Shown here one piece after another: positions 6,352 through 16,800 of a stretch of DNA of 45,157 nt. The notes below the pieces were generated by a model that was not told where the DNA came from, made no database searches, and was given only the letters and a program-made list of their open reading frames with translations. The stretch's first letter is position 1; every line of letters begins with the position of its first letter. Made by a program: the position numbers and the translations under genes. Source of the DNA: a virus; IMG/VR virus record IMGVR_UViG_3300001683_000005, positions 1-45,157 of that record. One strand, written 5' to 3'.

Positions 6352-9026
6352 TGGCATGGCAGGTCCAGGAGAGTTTTAGTTCTGGGGAAATGAGTCCTCG
6401 CGCCTTCCCAAGGGCGAGCCTCCCCCAGGTGCAAAGCGGCGCCAAGACGATGCTCAATGCGTTCATAACAGCCTATGGCGCGGCCCAGAAGCGCTACGGC
6501 AGCCGTTTCGTCAAGTTCTCCGACTACCAGCCAGACGCTTCGGAAGTTGGGAATGATTTGTTGGGTGGCGAGGCAATAGCCATTCCCTACGAGACCACAA
6601 CGGGCGGCAAGTACATGGTGGTTCTTACCAAGGTGGCCGAGACTGACACCCTGGCCACTCTGAAGGTGTTGGAGGGCTACTCCTACATCGGGTTCGCTGA
6701 CGACCAAGCGCACGGCCCCATCCCGGCGGTCTCTCCAGCAGACAACACGAAGTACAATACCTTCTACAAGTTGAAGGCTGACGGCCCCCCGCCGCAGGAT
6801 TCCGAACTGCAAGACATTCAGTATTTCCAGATGGAGAATAAGTTGTTCCTGCTCCACCCGGCGCACCCCCCTCTGGTGCTGGAGCGGACGGTGATAGGAA
6901 CGGCTGAGACCTGGAAGTATGAGGTAGCGCCATTCATGGACACCTCCCCACGGGTTCATGTAGAGGGCAACACCATTGGCCTGTTAGTGAACACTGGGGA
7001 CCAGGAGATCACCGCCACCTCTGACTTGTTTGTGCCAGAGGACTTGGGTTCTTATTGGCGGGTGGGCGGAACCAAGCCTGGGAGTTCTTATTCCGAGTGG
7101 GTGAAGGTGACCGAGTACCTGTCGCCTACCATGGTTGGCTATAGCCATGTAGACTCAAACGGGCCTGCTAATGCGCCCGGAAACAACTCACTGGACTGGT
7201 GCGGGCCATTTGTAACCTCCGAGCCCTTGGACATCGTTTGGGCCACCACTCCTCCTGCCACCAATACCACGCAGGTAGTAACTTGGCCCACCACTCCCAC
7301 CACGGCCTTGATCGGCAGCCTCTTGGTTGCCGGGGATCTGTTTGCAATGGTCATTGCCATTGGTTCTGGAGACAGTGTCTCGGTCAGAGTGATAAGAGGC
7401 GGCGTCATCGGCGCTACGGTCAGTCACAAAGTAATGGGGACGAGAAAGGGGGTGACGAGGGACTACTATATGCGGTCCGCGCTTTCTTCGGATGGACAGA
7501 TTTGGTCTACAAAGCAGGCGTGGATCCCCACTGGCCACGAGACTCATTTTGACGGAGCCGACGGCACGGCCACCCGAGGGGGCACCGTGTTCATAGCGGA
7601 CGGGATTGTCGCAGTGACGGGTACGGAGTCTCAGGAGGGGTGGCGAGGATACGAAGTCGTCAATATCGACGGAAGTGGCTATGTTGGCCCCACCTTCAAT
7701 ATCGGGTTCGGCATGAGCGAGGGAGTGGGGTTCCCCTCCGTGGGCACCACCCACCAGGGCCGGGCAGTGCTGGGGGGCTTTATTGGCCCCACCGCTGGCT
7801 TTGGACTCTATTCCGAGAACCTCGTGGTGAGCCGGGTGGGCGAGCCGCTGGATTTCTCCCAAGGAAACGGGGACGCTGTCGATGGGTTCGGCCTCATAGC
7901 CCGTGACGGCGGCCCGATTCAATGGGTTGACTCCAACAGGGATCTCCTCGTCGGCTGTGATCGAGCAGAGTACAGGGTGAATGGCGTACCAATCTCCCCA
8001 ACCACGGCGGCTCTTATCAAGACATCCTCTTATGGAAGCAGCCGGGTCATGCCTGCTCGACTGGGAGCCGCCACTCTATATGTTGCCCGTGATGGCAGAA
8101 GCCTTTATATGGCCACCTACAGCGATATGCAGGACACCTACGATGTTGCTGATGTCACTGACTTGGCTGACCACCTGTTTATTAACGAGTCGATTGCGCA
8201 GTTGGTCGTCACCACCTCGCCGGACATTCTGGTCTGGGTAAGAACCAAGTCAGGAAAACTACGGGTGCTGAACTGGAAGCCTAGCACGAAAGTAATGGGG
8301 TGGAGCCGAGTGGAGACGGGTGCACCGGACGCGGTGGACTGGATCTCTTCCCGGCCCACCCAAACAGAAGGCACATCGCATGACAATGTCTGGGCTGTTA
8401 TCCAGAGGAAGTTCGGCGGTGGGCCTGTTGGAGGGGTTCAAGACAAGACATACCGAAGCATCGAGTCCTTTGGCGAGATATACACGATGGATCAGGAGAA
8501 CACCTACACCGGAACCGCCCTAACTGATGTGCTCACTGATGTTGGTGGTGCTCCAGACCGCTTGACCATTGGCGCCTTGAGGGGGCAGACGGTCCAGGTG
8601 GTAGCGGATGGGGTGTATTACGGGGATGTCACCATGGGCTTCACTGACGACACTGGGGCGGATGTGAGCAACCTGGGAATGGTCGCCATGCCCACCTCGC
8701 TGACTGTGGGGAGGGCGGTCTCTTATAAGATTGAGCCGTGTATCCAGGAGACCGATGTGGGGAGGGGGACCACCCACGGGCACCGCCGCAACATCAGCCG
8801 AATACTGGTGTATGTGCAGAACGCTCGTGGGTTGATTGTTGAGGGCTATGCCATGGACACCGTTCCTGGGGTGCCTGCTAGTGCAGTGGTCCCCACATTT
8901 GGTGGGTGGGTGAGCGTGCCTGTTATCGGGGACTATGGGAACCAGCCAGTCATAACGGTGACCCAGACAGCGCCCTACCAGATCGAGGTGTGCGCTGTGA
9001 ACATGGAGGTGAGTTATGGCGACTAA
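6351..9026 (+). CDS. Nozzle / tail tubular protein B (T7 gp12-like), 891 aa
   Basis: The N-terminus MAWQVQESFSSGEMSPRAFPRASLPQVQSGAKTMLNAFI fits the F..GE.SP...R.D... signature I recall for gp12-type nozzle proteins. Its size and its position after the adaptor also fit. Confidence 0.7.
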   Translation: MAWQVQESFSSGEMSPRAFPRASLPQVQSGAKTMLNAFITAYGAAQKRYGSRFVKFSDYQPDASEVGNDLLGGEAIAIPYETTTGGKYMVVLTKVAETDTLATLKVLEGYSYIGFADDQAHGPIPAVSPADNTKYNTFYKLKADGPPPQDSELQDIQYFQMENKLFLLHPAHPPLVLERTVIGTAETWKYEVAPFMDTSPRVHVEGNTIGLLVNTGDQEITATSDLFVPEDLGSYWRVGGTKPGSSYSEWVKVTEYLSPTMVGYSHVDSNGPANAPGNNSLDWCGPFVTSEPLDIVWATTPPATNTTQVVTWPTTPTTALIGSLLVAGDLFAMVIAIGSGDSVSVRVIRGGVIGATVSHKVMGTRKGVTRDYYMRSALSSDGQIWSTKQAWIPTGHETHFDGADGTATRGGTVFIADGIVAVTGTESQEGWRGYEVVNIDGSGYVGPTFNIGFGMSEGVGFPSVGTTHQGRAVLGGFIGPTAGFGLYSENLVVSRVGEPLDFSQGNGDAVDGFGLIARDGGPIQWVDSNRDLLVGCDRAEYRVNGVPISPTTAALIKTSSYGSSRVMPARLGAATLYVARDGRSLYMATYSDMQDTYDVADVTDLADHLFINESIAQLVVTTSPDILVWVRTKSGKLRVLNWKPSTKVMGWSRVETGAPDAVDWISSRPTQTEGTSHDNVWAVIQRKFGGGPVGGVQDKTYRSIESFGEIYTMDQENTYTGTALTDVLTDVGGAPDRLTIGALRGQTVQVVADGVYYGDVTMGFTDDTGADVSNLGMVAMPTSLTVGRAVSYKIEPCIQETDVGRGTTHGHRRNISRILVYVQNARGLIVEGYAMDTVPGVPASAVVPTFGGWVSVPVIGDYGNQPVITVTQTAPYQIEVCAVNMEVSYGD

Positions 9027-9459
9027 GACGGTGGCGGAACTGTGCCATCGAGAGTACGAGACTGGTGACCTATGGTTGCTCAAAGGAAGGCTCATTCCTA
9101 GCGCAGGCAGATCTTATGAATACGAGGAGTTTGCACAAGAGGGATATGCCCTGACTCTTATCAGGAATGGAGTGGTGGAAGCGTGTATGGGGGTTGTCGC
9201 AGTTGATGACGGTATTGAACTGTGGAGTGCTCCCAGTATAGGATTGGTTGAGGATCATCTTGTAGAGTATTGCAGGCTTGTTATGAGACTTGTCGATGTG
9301 GCGGCAGATGAGCATCGTGAGGATCTTATAGTTCATGTGCTGGAGGACGACATAAAGACCCAGCGGTGGCTTTCATGGTTGGGCTTTGAGGACCGGGGAA
9401 TACGGAAAGAGGGCGGGATAGCAATGCTGAATATGGGCGGGGGTGACAATGGGTATTGA
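9016..9459 (+). CDS. Hypothetical protein in the gp13 position (147 aa); weak GNAT-like C-terminal signature
   Basis: ATG at 9016 preceded by GGAGGTGAG, overlapping the nozzle gene end by 11 nt. ...HVLEDDIKTQRWLSWLGFEDRG resembles the C-terminal ..lGF.. element of GNAT acetyltransferases, but only weakly. Confidence 0.5.
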   Translation: MATKTVAELCHREYETGDLWLLKGRLIPSAGRSYEYEEFAQEGYALTLIRNGVVEACMGVVAVDDGIELWSAPSIGLVEDHLVEYCRLVMRLVDVAADEHREDLIVHVLEDDIKTQRWLSWLGFEDRGIRKEGGIAMLNMGGGDNGY

Positions 9460-9910
9460 GACCGCCGTCATGGCAATCGGTGGAGCGGTGCAGGGCTACC
9501 AGAACAAGAAGCACGGAGATAATGCCGCTCGTGCTGCCCACCGGGCCTCACTTGCCCAGATCAAGGCTCAGAGGCAGGGCAGCGTGGCCCAGATTGCTCA
9601 AGGGCTAGGGGACGCGCTCATGGGCGATAAAAACCTCGCGTGGTCACTTGGCCGGGTGGTGGGAGGCGCCACGGCACAGGGCAGCGGCAGGATGGGGGCA
9701 CTGGATATTGCGAGGGCTATGCAGGGTTCATTCAACATGACGCAGCAGGCAGACAACACACTCCAGGGGCGGTACAACGCGAACTCTGCGAACTTCACAA
9801 ACTCCATGCTCTCTGCTGGCGGGCAGATAGTAGGCGCCTGGGGGGACGGGCCGACAGGCACTTCCGGGCTTAACTACGGCCCCACCGCTACCTACTTCGA
9901 TTGGACATAA
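9443..9910 (+). CDS. Internal virion protein (gp14 position), 155 aa
   Basis: GTG at 9443 or ATG at 9449, overlapping the upstream stop. Hydrophobic, Gly-rich N-terminus (GIETAVMAIGGAVQG) and Gly/Ala/Gln-rich body. Function is assigned from synteny with T7. Confidence 0.55.
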   Translation: MTMGIETAVMAIGGAVQGYQNKKHGDNAARAAHRASLAQIKAQRQGSVAQIAQGLGDALMGDKNLAWSLGRVVGGATAQGSGRMGALDIARAMQGSFNMTQQADNTLQGRYNANSANFTNSMLSAGGQIVGAWGDGPTGTSGLNYGPTATYFDWT

Positions 9911-9913
9911 GAG

Positions 9914-11776
9914 ATGGCAAAGATGCGCCGCCCAATAAGAGAAGGTTCAGCAGCCACGCCCCGCTATCGCACTCAGTTGTGGTCAGCGGAACAGGCGGAC
10001 CCACGGGCTGTGTATGAGGCGGCACAACGGCCCGGCATTGGTGTTGGCCTGAACAACCTGTTTAAGGGGGTGCAGAAGGCTGGCAAGAACATTGAGAAGC
10101 ACCAGGACCGCCAAGCGCAAAAATACATAGCCCTGGCAGAGGAAAAGATAACAGCCCACAGGAGGCGAGGCTTAGGGGAGGCCGCTGACGCATTCCTCAA
10201 CGCCGACATGATAGACCCAGCGAAGTATAGCGCTCAGATCGAAAAGGTTGTGGATGATTCGTATGCCTTGGTTCTCAATGATCCCTCTGCGCCGGAAGCC
10301 GCAAGGAAGTGGGCCAGAGACAATGCCGCCCTGACCAAGGTTAACCAGAAGGATGGGGCGAACGCTATGGTTCAGTCCTCCTGGCATCAGCGGGTTGGGA
10401 AGCAGGTGGCCGACTTTACCGAGAACCTTCGGTTAGGGAAGGACGGGCTTCCCAGGTCCGAGCCGCTAGACATGGATGAGTTGCGAGACTTTCTTGGACC
10501 CATGACTTTGGAATACGAGGCCGTTCTAGCATTGGACGATAAGGGGCCTGCGGCAGAGGAGTTCAAAACAACAGCCATGGCCAACATGAAGTCCGCTCTG
10601 GGTGTGTGGGTGAGAGAGTCAAATACCACTCTTTCTGGGGCGCTACTGAACTACAGAACGCTGCTTGTTCAGCAAGAGGCGGCGCAATACTTCACAGCGT
10701 TCACCGATTCCTCGGGACTTCCAGGGGGTTCTTACGCCATAGCCGTGGAAGAGTGGATAGCAGGGGACATCTCTGACGAGTCACTATTGGCATACGAGAC
10801 CGCTATAGCAGAGGATAGGGCCGATGCTGGAGAACGGCTCACCTCCACATACATGGGCTTGTTCAGCATGGCGCCAAAGGATATGGGGCTTGGGCTGGAT
10901 GCCGACATTGCTCGCGAGTTGGTTTCGCACATCACTGATTTGAGTGCCGACGCGATGGGGGACAAGGGCCACCCGTTCAGGACCATGATCGAGGACTTGC
11001 CGTTGGCGATGGTTGAAGCCATGGGTGTTAGTGGGAATGAAACTGGCACTCTCAACACCGACTTCTCTGTGCTAGATAAATCTGCTGGCCATCTAGGCGA
11101 TATTATAGCGATACTAGAACTGGGGCAGGGCACGAGCCTCTTCAATGGCGCCCTCTTAGGGGAGTTTCAAGAGGCTCAGTTGCAGGCAAGCAAACTCAAG
11201 AAAGAGATCACGGGCTTCGTGGAGTATTGCAACAAGCCCGATGGCGGACTGACGATGGAGGGCGCCCGATTTATCGGCAGATCAAAAGTGAGTCCAGCGG
11301 AGGGCGCCGCGCTGCGGGCCATGATTGGCGAGTCCGTTGAAGCCACTATGGCGGGCGGGTCTTCCGATACGCAGAAGGCGGAGAAGATTGCCACCTTCTT
11401 CCTGGGAATGGCTACCAAGAGCGGCTTCCCCCAGGCCGCCAGTGCGTATCTCCAGGACGCAATCAGTTCCTCCTTGAGAACCGGAGGTGGAGCGGGCAAC
11501 TTCAGGATGTACTGGTTGCCAGTCCTGTACGACATGGCGGTTGTTCGCGCTGAAGCAAGCGGCACAGAGACCCAAGGCGCAACTTCACGGGGCTTGGCGG
11601 CGTCTGGGGCGGTGCCGCATCCTATTCGCCCCGGTGTTTTCACGGGCGAACTGAAGGATGCGTATCGTTTGTTCCGCATTACTGTCAATGAAAACTCCAC
11701 TGGTAAGGTGCCTGATAGTGAGGAACTGTGGGGGTGGTGGCGGGATGCGTCGATTCAGGCGGGAGAACAACAATGA
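9914..11776 (+). CDS. Internal virion / ejection protein, 620 aa
   Basis: Long ORF 4 nt after the previous stop, within the gp14-gp16 syntenic block. I recognise no enzymatic motif. Confidence 0.55.
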   Translation: MAKMRRPIREGSAATPRYRTQLWSAEQADPRAVYEAAQRPGIGVGLNNLFKGVQKAGKNIEKHQDRQAQKYIALAEEKITAHRRRGLGEAADAFLNADMIDPAKYSAQIEKVVDDSYALVLNDPSAPEAARKWARDNAALTKVNQKDGANAMVQSSWHQRVGKQVADFTENLRLGKDGLPRSEPLDMDELRDFLGPMTLEYEAVLALDDKGPAAEEFKTTAMANMKSALGVWVRESNTTLSGALLNYRTLLVQQEAAQYFTAFTDSSGLPGGSYAIAVEEWIAGDISDESLLAYETAIAEDRADAGERLTSTYMGLFSMAPKDMGLGLDADIARELVSHITDLSADAMGDKGHPFRTMIEDLPLAMVEAMGVSGNETGTLNTDFSVLDKSAGHLGDIIAILELGQGTSLFNGALLGEFQEAQLQASKLKKEITGFVEYCNKPDGGLTMEGARFIGRSKVSPAEGAALRAMIGESVEATMAGGSSDTQKAEKIATFFLGMATKSGFPQAASAYLQDAISSSLRTGGGAGNFRMYWLPVLYDMAVVRAEASGTETQGATSRGLAASGAVPHPIRPGVFTGELKDAYRLFRITVNENSTGKVPDSEELWGWWRDASIQAGEQQ

Positions 11777-13806
11777 TTCCTGATCGGCGCGAAGAGCGTC
11801 TAGCGTCTGGGTATGCGGCTATGGGGTACAACACCACCGAGGAGGTGGAAGGGTTGTGGTCACTCTCCGGGTTCCAGGAGGAGTTGGCTACTCGTTTCTC
11901 GGGGGAGGCTGGGGGCTTTGAGGGGTGGGCACAATCTGAAGCGGGCTTCAATATAAACGAGGGCATGGTCTTTACCTCAGGTTTGCAAGATACACGCAGG
12001 ACCGCGAGCGAGGCGCTGCACAACTCTTCTGGTCTGCTTCGTAAGGAGGTTGAGAGGAATATGTCCACCTTCCTGTTCGATCACCCAAACGAGGCCAGCC
12101 AGATGCCGATGAGATTCAGAAACGAGGTGGAGAAGTGGTTCGAGAGAAGAGACTACACGATGGTGGGTAGGCAGAATGTTAGTATGGAAGCCCTCCTGGG
12201 ACAGAAGGGCAATCGGAACTTGCTTCCAGGCACCTACCAGGGAATCCAATACGAAAGCGGTGCAGTGCTGGAGATGGAGTTGGCCAGGGCATTACAGGCG
12301 TCGGGGAAGTATGACGGCACGACTGGAAAGATTTTCGACGATCTGACAGACGAGGGGAAGGGCAGGTGGGTTCTGGAGCAGGCAGGTGAGTACGGCCAGT
12401 TTAAACTGTTTGTCCTGCCACGAGATGGAGGACCATCAGGGGTGGTGAGGGACGCTGAAGGCAACGACATAAAGATAGACCTTAGAGATGTTGGCAATAC
12501 CGAGTATTTCCGACTGCATAAGATATGGTCCCATTGGGGCAGGCCCTCTGGCGGCGCCCTTGCCAACCTCTTAGACCCGCATCACCAGGGCAGGATGTCC
12601 GTAGACGCGTCCTCCCCCGATCACCAGTGGGCTACAGGGATGATGATAGAAGCGGCGGCTGCGGCGTTCTCTGGTCGTGATACTGAGTTTAGTTTCCCAG
12701 AGCGAGGCGTGGGCCAGCGTGGCGAACAGCCGTGGTTTGGCGCTCAACGCACCCTCCTTGAAAGAGATGTGATGGGTCGCGTGCAGGAGGGGGGGGTGGG
12801 CGAACTCATCAAGAAGGCAGTGAAGGGCGCGTGGTGGTTGGCCACCGTAGGTGGTCGCCAAGGAAGGAACTCAAAAGATTTCTTCAAGAACGCGCTTGAG
12901 GAGGCTCGCCAGATTGGGAGGGCGGGGAAGAGTGCGAAGGATTGGGGGACGGGGGGGGTGAAGAAGATCCTGGAGAAGGTGGCTGCGGCTGGAGGGGCGG
13001 GAGCATCTGCGAAGAAGATAGCGGGGGCGACCATCACGGGGATTGGTAAGATATTACTCGCCGCCACGAACCGATCAATAGGCGGATACCCCGGAAGGAG
13101 CGCCGTTCTCGGCACCGTTGCTTGGTGGCTTTACGATGCCTCCGGTGACAAAGAAGGGCTACATCCCGTCGAGATGACACGGGAGATGATGTATGCCGTC
13201 ATGGAGAGTCCCGAGGCGCAGGTACTGTTCAAGACGCCGATGGACCTCCTTGAGCCGTTGTTGAACAATGAGGAATCCTATCCAGGGTCTCAAGCATCAG
13301 ACTGGAAAGGCTCTCAAGATCCACCTGTCTCCAGTTACCAGCCGGGAGAGTCTGGGTTCTCTGATGTAGATGTAAAGATGATTACGGCAATAGTGGATGA
13401 GGTAGGGAGAATCCAGGCCGATGAATCATGGGGGGCGTGGTGGACAGATGTGCTCCTAACCGATAACGAGCAGACGCTGGCTGCCTCCATGACGGTCGTC
13501 AACGCGATGTTCCCTAGTCTAGAACGCGAAATGGACTTCGATCCAGCCGTCATGGAGGCGGTGTCTATGCTGATTTCGAGAACCCCGGAGGGTAGCGACA
13601 ACGCCAAACTTGTGTGGGGGATGCTCAAGGAGCATTGGGACAAGTCTGGCGAGGAGCAGGAGGGTTGGCTTTGGGACTCCACGCCTACCGGAGACGACCG
13701 CATGAAGTTGTATCGGCAGTATTTGAATGAAGATGAGCGGTGGGGGGATCTATCTCTGGCTGACAAGATGGAGGCTATGTTGGTTGGCCAGGGCTGGGGA
13801 TACTAA
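11773..13806 (+). CDS. Internal virion / ejection protein, 677 aa
   Basis: ATG at 11773 overlaps the upstream TGA (ATGA), so I prefer it to the track start at 11728. Contains a Gly/Ala/Lys-rich hydrophobic stretch (...KKIAGATITGIGKILLAATNRSIGG...LGTVAWWLY). Confidence 0.6.
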   Translation: MIPDRREERLASGYAAMGYNTTEEVEGLWSLSGFQEELATRFSGEAGGFEGWAQSEAGFNINEGMVFTSGLQDTRRTASEALHNSSGLLRKEVERNMSTFLFDHPNEASQMPMRFRNEVEKWFERRDYTMVGRQNVSMEALLGQKGNRNLLPGTYQGIQYESGAVLEMELARALQASGKYDGTTGKIFDDLTDEGKGRWVLEQAGEYGQFKLFVLPRDGGPSGVVRDAEGNDIKIDLRDVGNTEYFRLHKIWSHWGRPSGGALANLLDPHHQGRMSVDASSPDHQWATGMMIEAAAAAFSGRDTEFSFPERGVGQRGEQPWFGAQRTLLERDVMGRVQEGGVGELIKKAVKGAWWLATVGGRQGRNSKDFFKNALEEARQIGRAGKSAKDWGTGGVKKILEKVAAAGGAGASAKKIAGATITGIGKILLAATNRSIGGYPGRSAVLGTVAWWLYDASGDKEGLHPVEMTREMMYAVMESPEAQVLFKTPMDLLEPLLNNEESYPGSQASDWKGSQDPPVSSYQPGESGFSDVDVKMITAIVDEVGRIQADESWGAWWTDVLLTDNEQTLAASMTVVNAMFPSLEREMDFDPAVMEAVSMLISRTPEGSDNAKLVWGMLKEHWDKSGEEQEGWLWDSTPTGDDRMKLYRQYLNEDERWGDLSLADKMEAMLVGQGWGY

Positions 13807-16800
13807 TGGCGACGACCTATAAACAAGACCCCCCCAGAGCCTACCCAGAGGCGCTGTACTATAAAGGGACACATAAGCGCGGCAGAGACATTACTAGGTT
13901 CGGGGCAGCCTTCCGAGACATGAATCTGTTCTATGCTGGGTATCGCTATTACGACGACCACTACTCCTTCCACATCCCTCCGACCAAGGGATGGGGGGTG
14001 GAGCAAAACAAAGCCAACCTCTCGGCATACTACGCGCCCCATGTGAAGGCTTACCCTCGCCTGCTCTCTGCTCGTAGCAGGCAAGAGCAGGACCGGGTCA
14101 AGGATATTGTGCGGCGCTCAGTTGCCGATAGGGAAGTGCTGCACGACATGGGCTTTTTTGAGAGCCTCATGTTCTACCTCCCAGTGGGAATGACCAGCCC
14201 CGAGAACTGGGTGCCACTCTCTCGCGCCTTCCGGTTGGGCATGACTGGTTCGAGGGCGGGTGCTTTCAAGGTGGCTGCCGGAACTGGGGGCCGTGCGGTA
14301 ACGGAGGTTGAGAAGGCGGCTCTTATCGCCGCTCATAGAACTCACCCGGCAATCGTCTCGGCGGCGCACATTGGCGACGATATGACACACGGCCTCGCTC
14401 AAAACCTGCTTCAGAGAGTTGCTCTATCAAAGACCACGATAGGGCAGGCGGCTTTGGCCACTGGCCTGGAGGGGATGATAGCGGGGGCTGTTTCTGAGAT
14501 GGTGCTTCAGAAGACTCAACCGCTCCGCACCATGGAGGAAACCTGGATGAGCATCGTCGGAGGCGGCGTGTTCGGAGCCGTTCTCGGAGGAGGCTTCTAT
14601 GCCATAGGCAAGACTTATCGTGGGGCTTTGACCAGTTTGCTCGGACAAGAAGTTGCAGGTGATGTGGCGGTGGCATTGAGAGGCGAATTAGGCAACACGC
14701 TCAATGAGGTGGTTGAGGCGGGTGCAACAGGCTGGATAAGAAAGAGTGACAGAAAGGCGATGGACGAGGGCTTCACTCCCCCGGACGGGCACAGGGACGA
14801 GTACGACTATGTGGAGGTGGCGCCCGGCGCAGATACAAGGGCGGCTGCTGACGAAGCAGTGACGAGGGTTGTGGATGAGGAAAATGCAGCGAGGGCGGCG
14901 GAGGAGGAGGACGCAGCGAGGGCGGCGGATGACGATGACGCCCCAACTGAGTTAGCGCAGGCAGAAGAAGTTGCCCCGAGGGAGAGTGCGACCGAAGTTG
15001 CCACTAGCGATGCTGCCATTGCGAGTCCTGCTGAAGTCTTGATCTCGAAAAGGATGCATGAGGCCCTGCTCCGGCTCGATGCGGACACCAATACCGTAAG
15101 CAGTAAGGTGGCCAGACTGGTCGGCCTAGCCGAAGGCAACACCTTCTGGGGCCGACTCGTGGGTCGCTGGCTGCTCTGGAGTCCCAACACGAGAATGGGC
15201 CAAGAGATCACCGACTACGGGCGGCAAATGTATCAGTTGTTTTCTGGTGGAGCACTCACTCAAGAGGCAGGGTCCAGAGGCCACGGTGTTAATCGTCCTG
15301 GAGCGGACGCAGCGTCGCAGTACATGGAAGTGATGAACCTGAGGCTAGTGGGAGAACTTGCCAAACTCGCCAGGGAGGTCACGGCGTCGTCTGGCGTATC
15401 AGAGATAGACCTGCGCTCCCTCGCCCACTCTTATGCTGTGCGCTCTTATGAGGACGACGGTGTGACCCCTCGTGCCCTAGATTTGGCGGACGAGTTCCAT
15501 GAGAGTTCAGGGCTAGAGGGGGCCGAACGGTCGGTATACGACATAATCAATAAGATTGAAGACCCGACTGCTAGACAGGCGGCAGTTGACGGTGTCGAGC
15601 GTGCGGTCAAAGAGATATATGATCCGTTCATCGAGAACACCGGGAAACTCCTCAGGTCCATGGGCCTTCTGAAACTGGATTCCAGCCAGACCCGACGCAT
15701 GGCAGCCATGTATGTGGCAAGGATGTATGACGCCACGAAGATCAGGAAGCACTATGATGCGTTCTTTGCGTCTGTTCGTGCCGGGATCGAGGAATGGAAA
15801 GCCTCCGACGAGCCGTCGCTAGTAGCGTCGATTGAGGTTCAAAGGCAACTGGTTGCTGACCCCGGCTCGACAGCCTCTGACGCTGCGCACTTGGTCGTCC
15901 TGGAACAAAGGCTGGCTGATCTTATAGGCATAGACGACGCTCGTATTCACGCCGTGATCCGCAACATAATCAATGACCCGATCAACTCTGACATGGCCTC
16001 TAGCCGAATGGGCCCGCAGAACTCTTTACACGAGAGGGTCTTGTTGCTCCGTGATGAGTTTGTGGAGCCGTTCCTTGTTAAGGACATTGGGCTGGTCATG
16101 CAGACGATCACTAAGAGGCACATCCCGAAGGTGGCGATCTACCGATACCTCGCCTCCCCGGTGCAACTGGAACTCATGCAGCGCACGCTGGATCAGTATG
16201 AGGCTTTTGACGACATAATGAAGGCGCTGCGTGACCCTGCGACTGGGAAGATTCCAGACAACTTGCCCAGGGCCGAGGTGGAGAAAGTCACGAAAGCAAT
16301 GAATGACCTCTTCCAGTCAACTAACTTGTTGAGGCTTCATAATGGCTTGCGCCTCTTATCCGTGTTCAAGCCAGAAGTAGCAGGCCAAGCGGTCGAGGCC
16401 AATGGTCAAGCCGTTGATATGGTCGGTATCACTAACAGAATCAAAGACCTGCTGCAAGAACACAGAGACGCTAGTGACACGGCTCATAACCAGCAAGTTG
16501 TTGCCGACGGGTTTGAGGAGAAACTGCTGTCACTGGAGCAAGATATTCAAGACTCGATGAGGGACGCCATTGGGGGCACGACTCCGGCGGAATCCGTGCT
16601 GGATGCCGCCACACTAAGACAGCATCGTGGTTCTCTTATTGTGCAAATGCTTGACGACATGGTTGCCCGAGTGGACTCCGATGAGATTCGTGATGCTGGC
16701 GCTGAGGTGCAGGCAGCCGTGAGCACACTGACTGCCTTCGGAGATGAAGGCGAGAGAGCCCTCAGGGGCGAGGCATTTCTTAACGGCTTGAAGGCGGACA

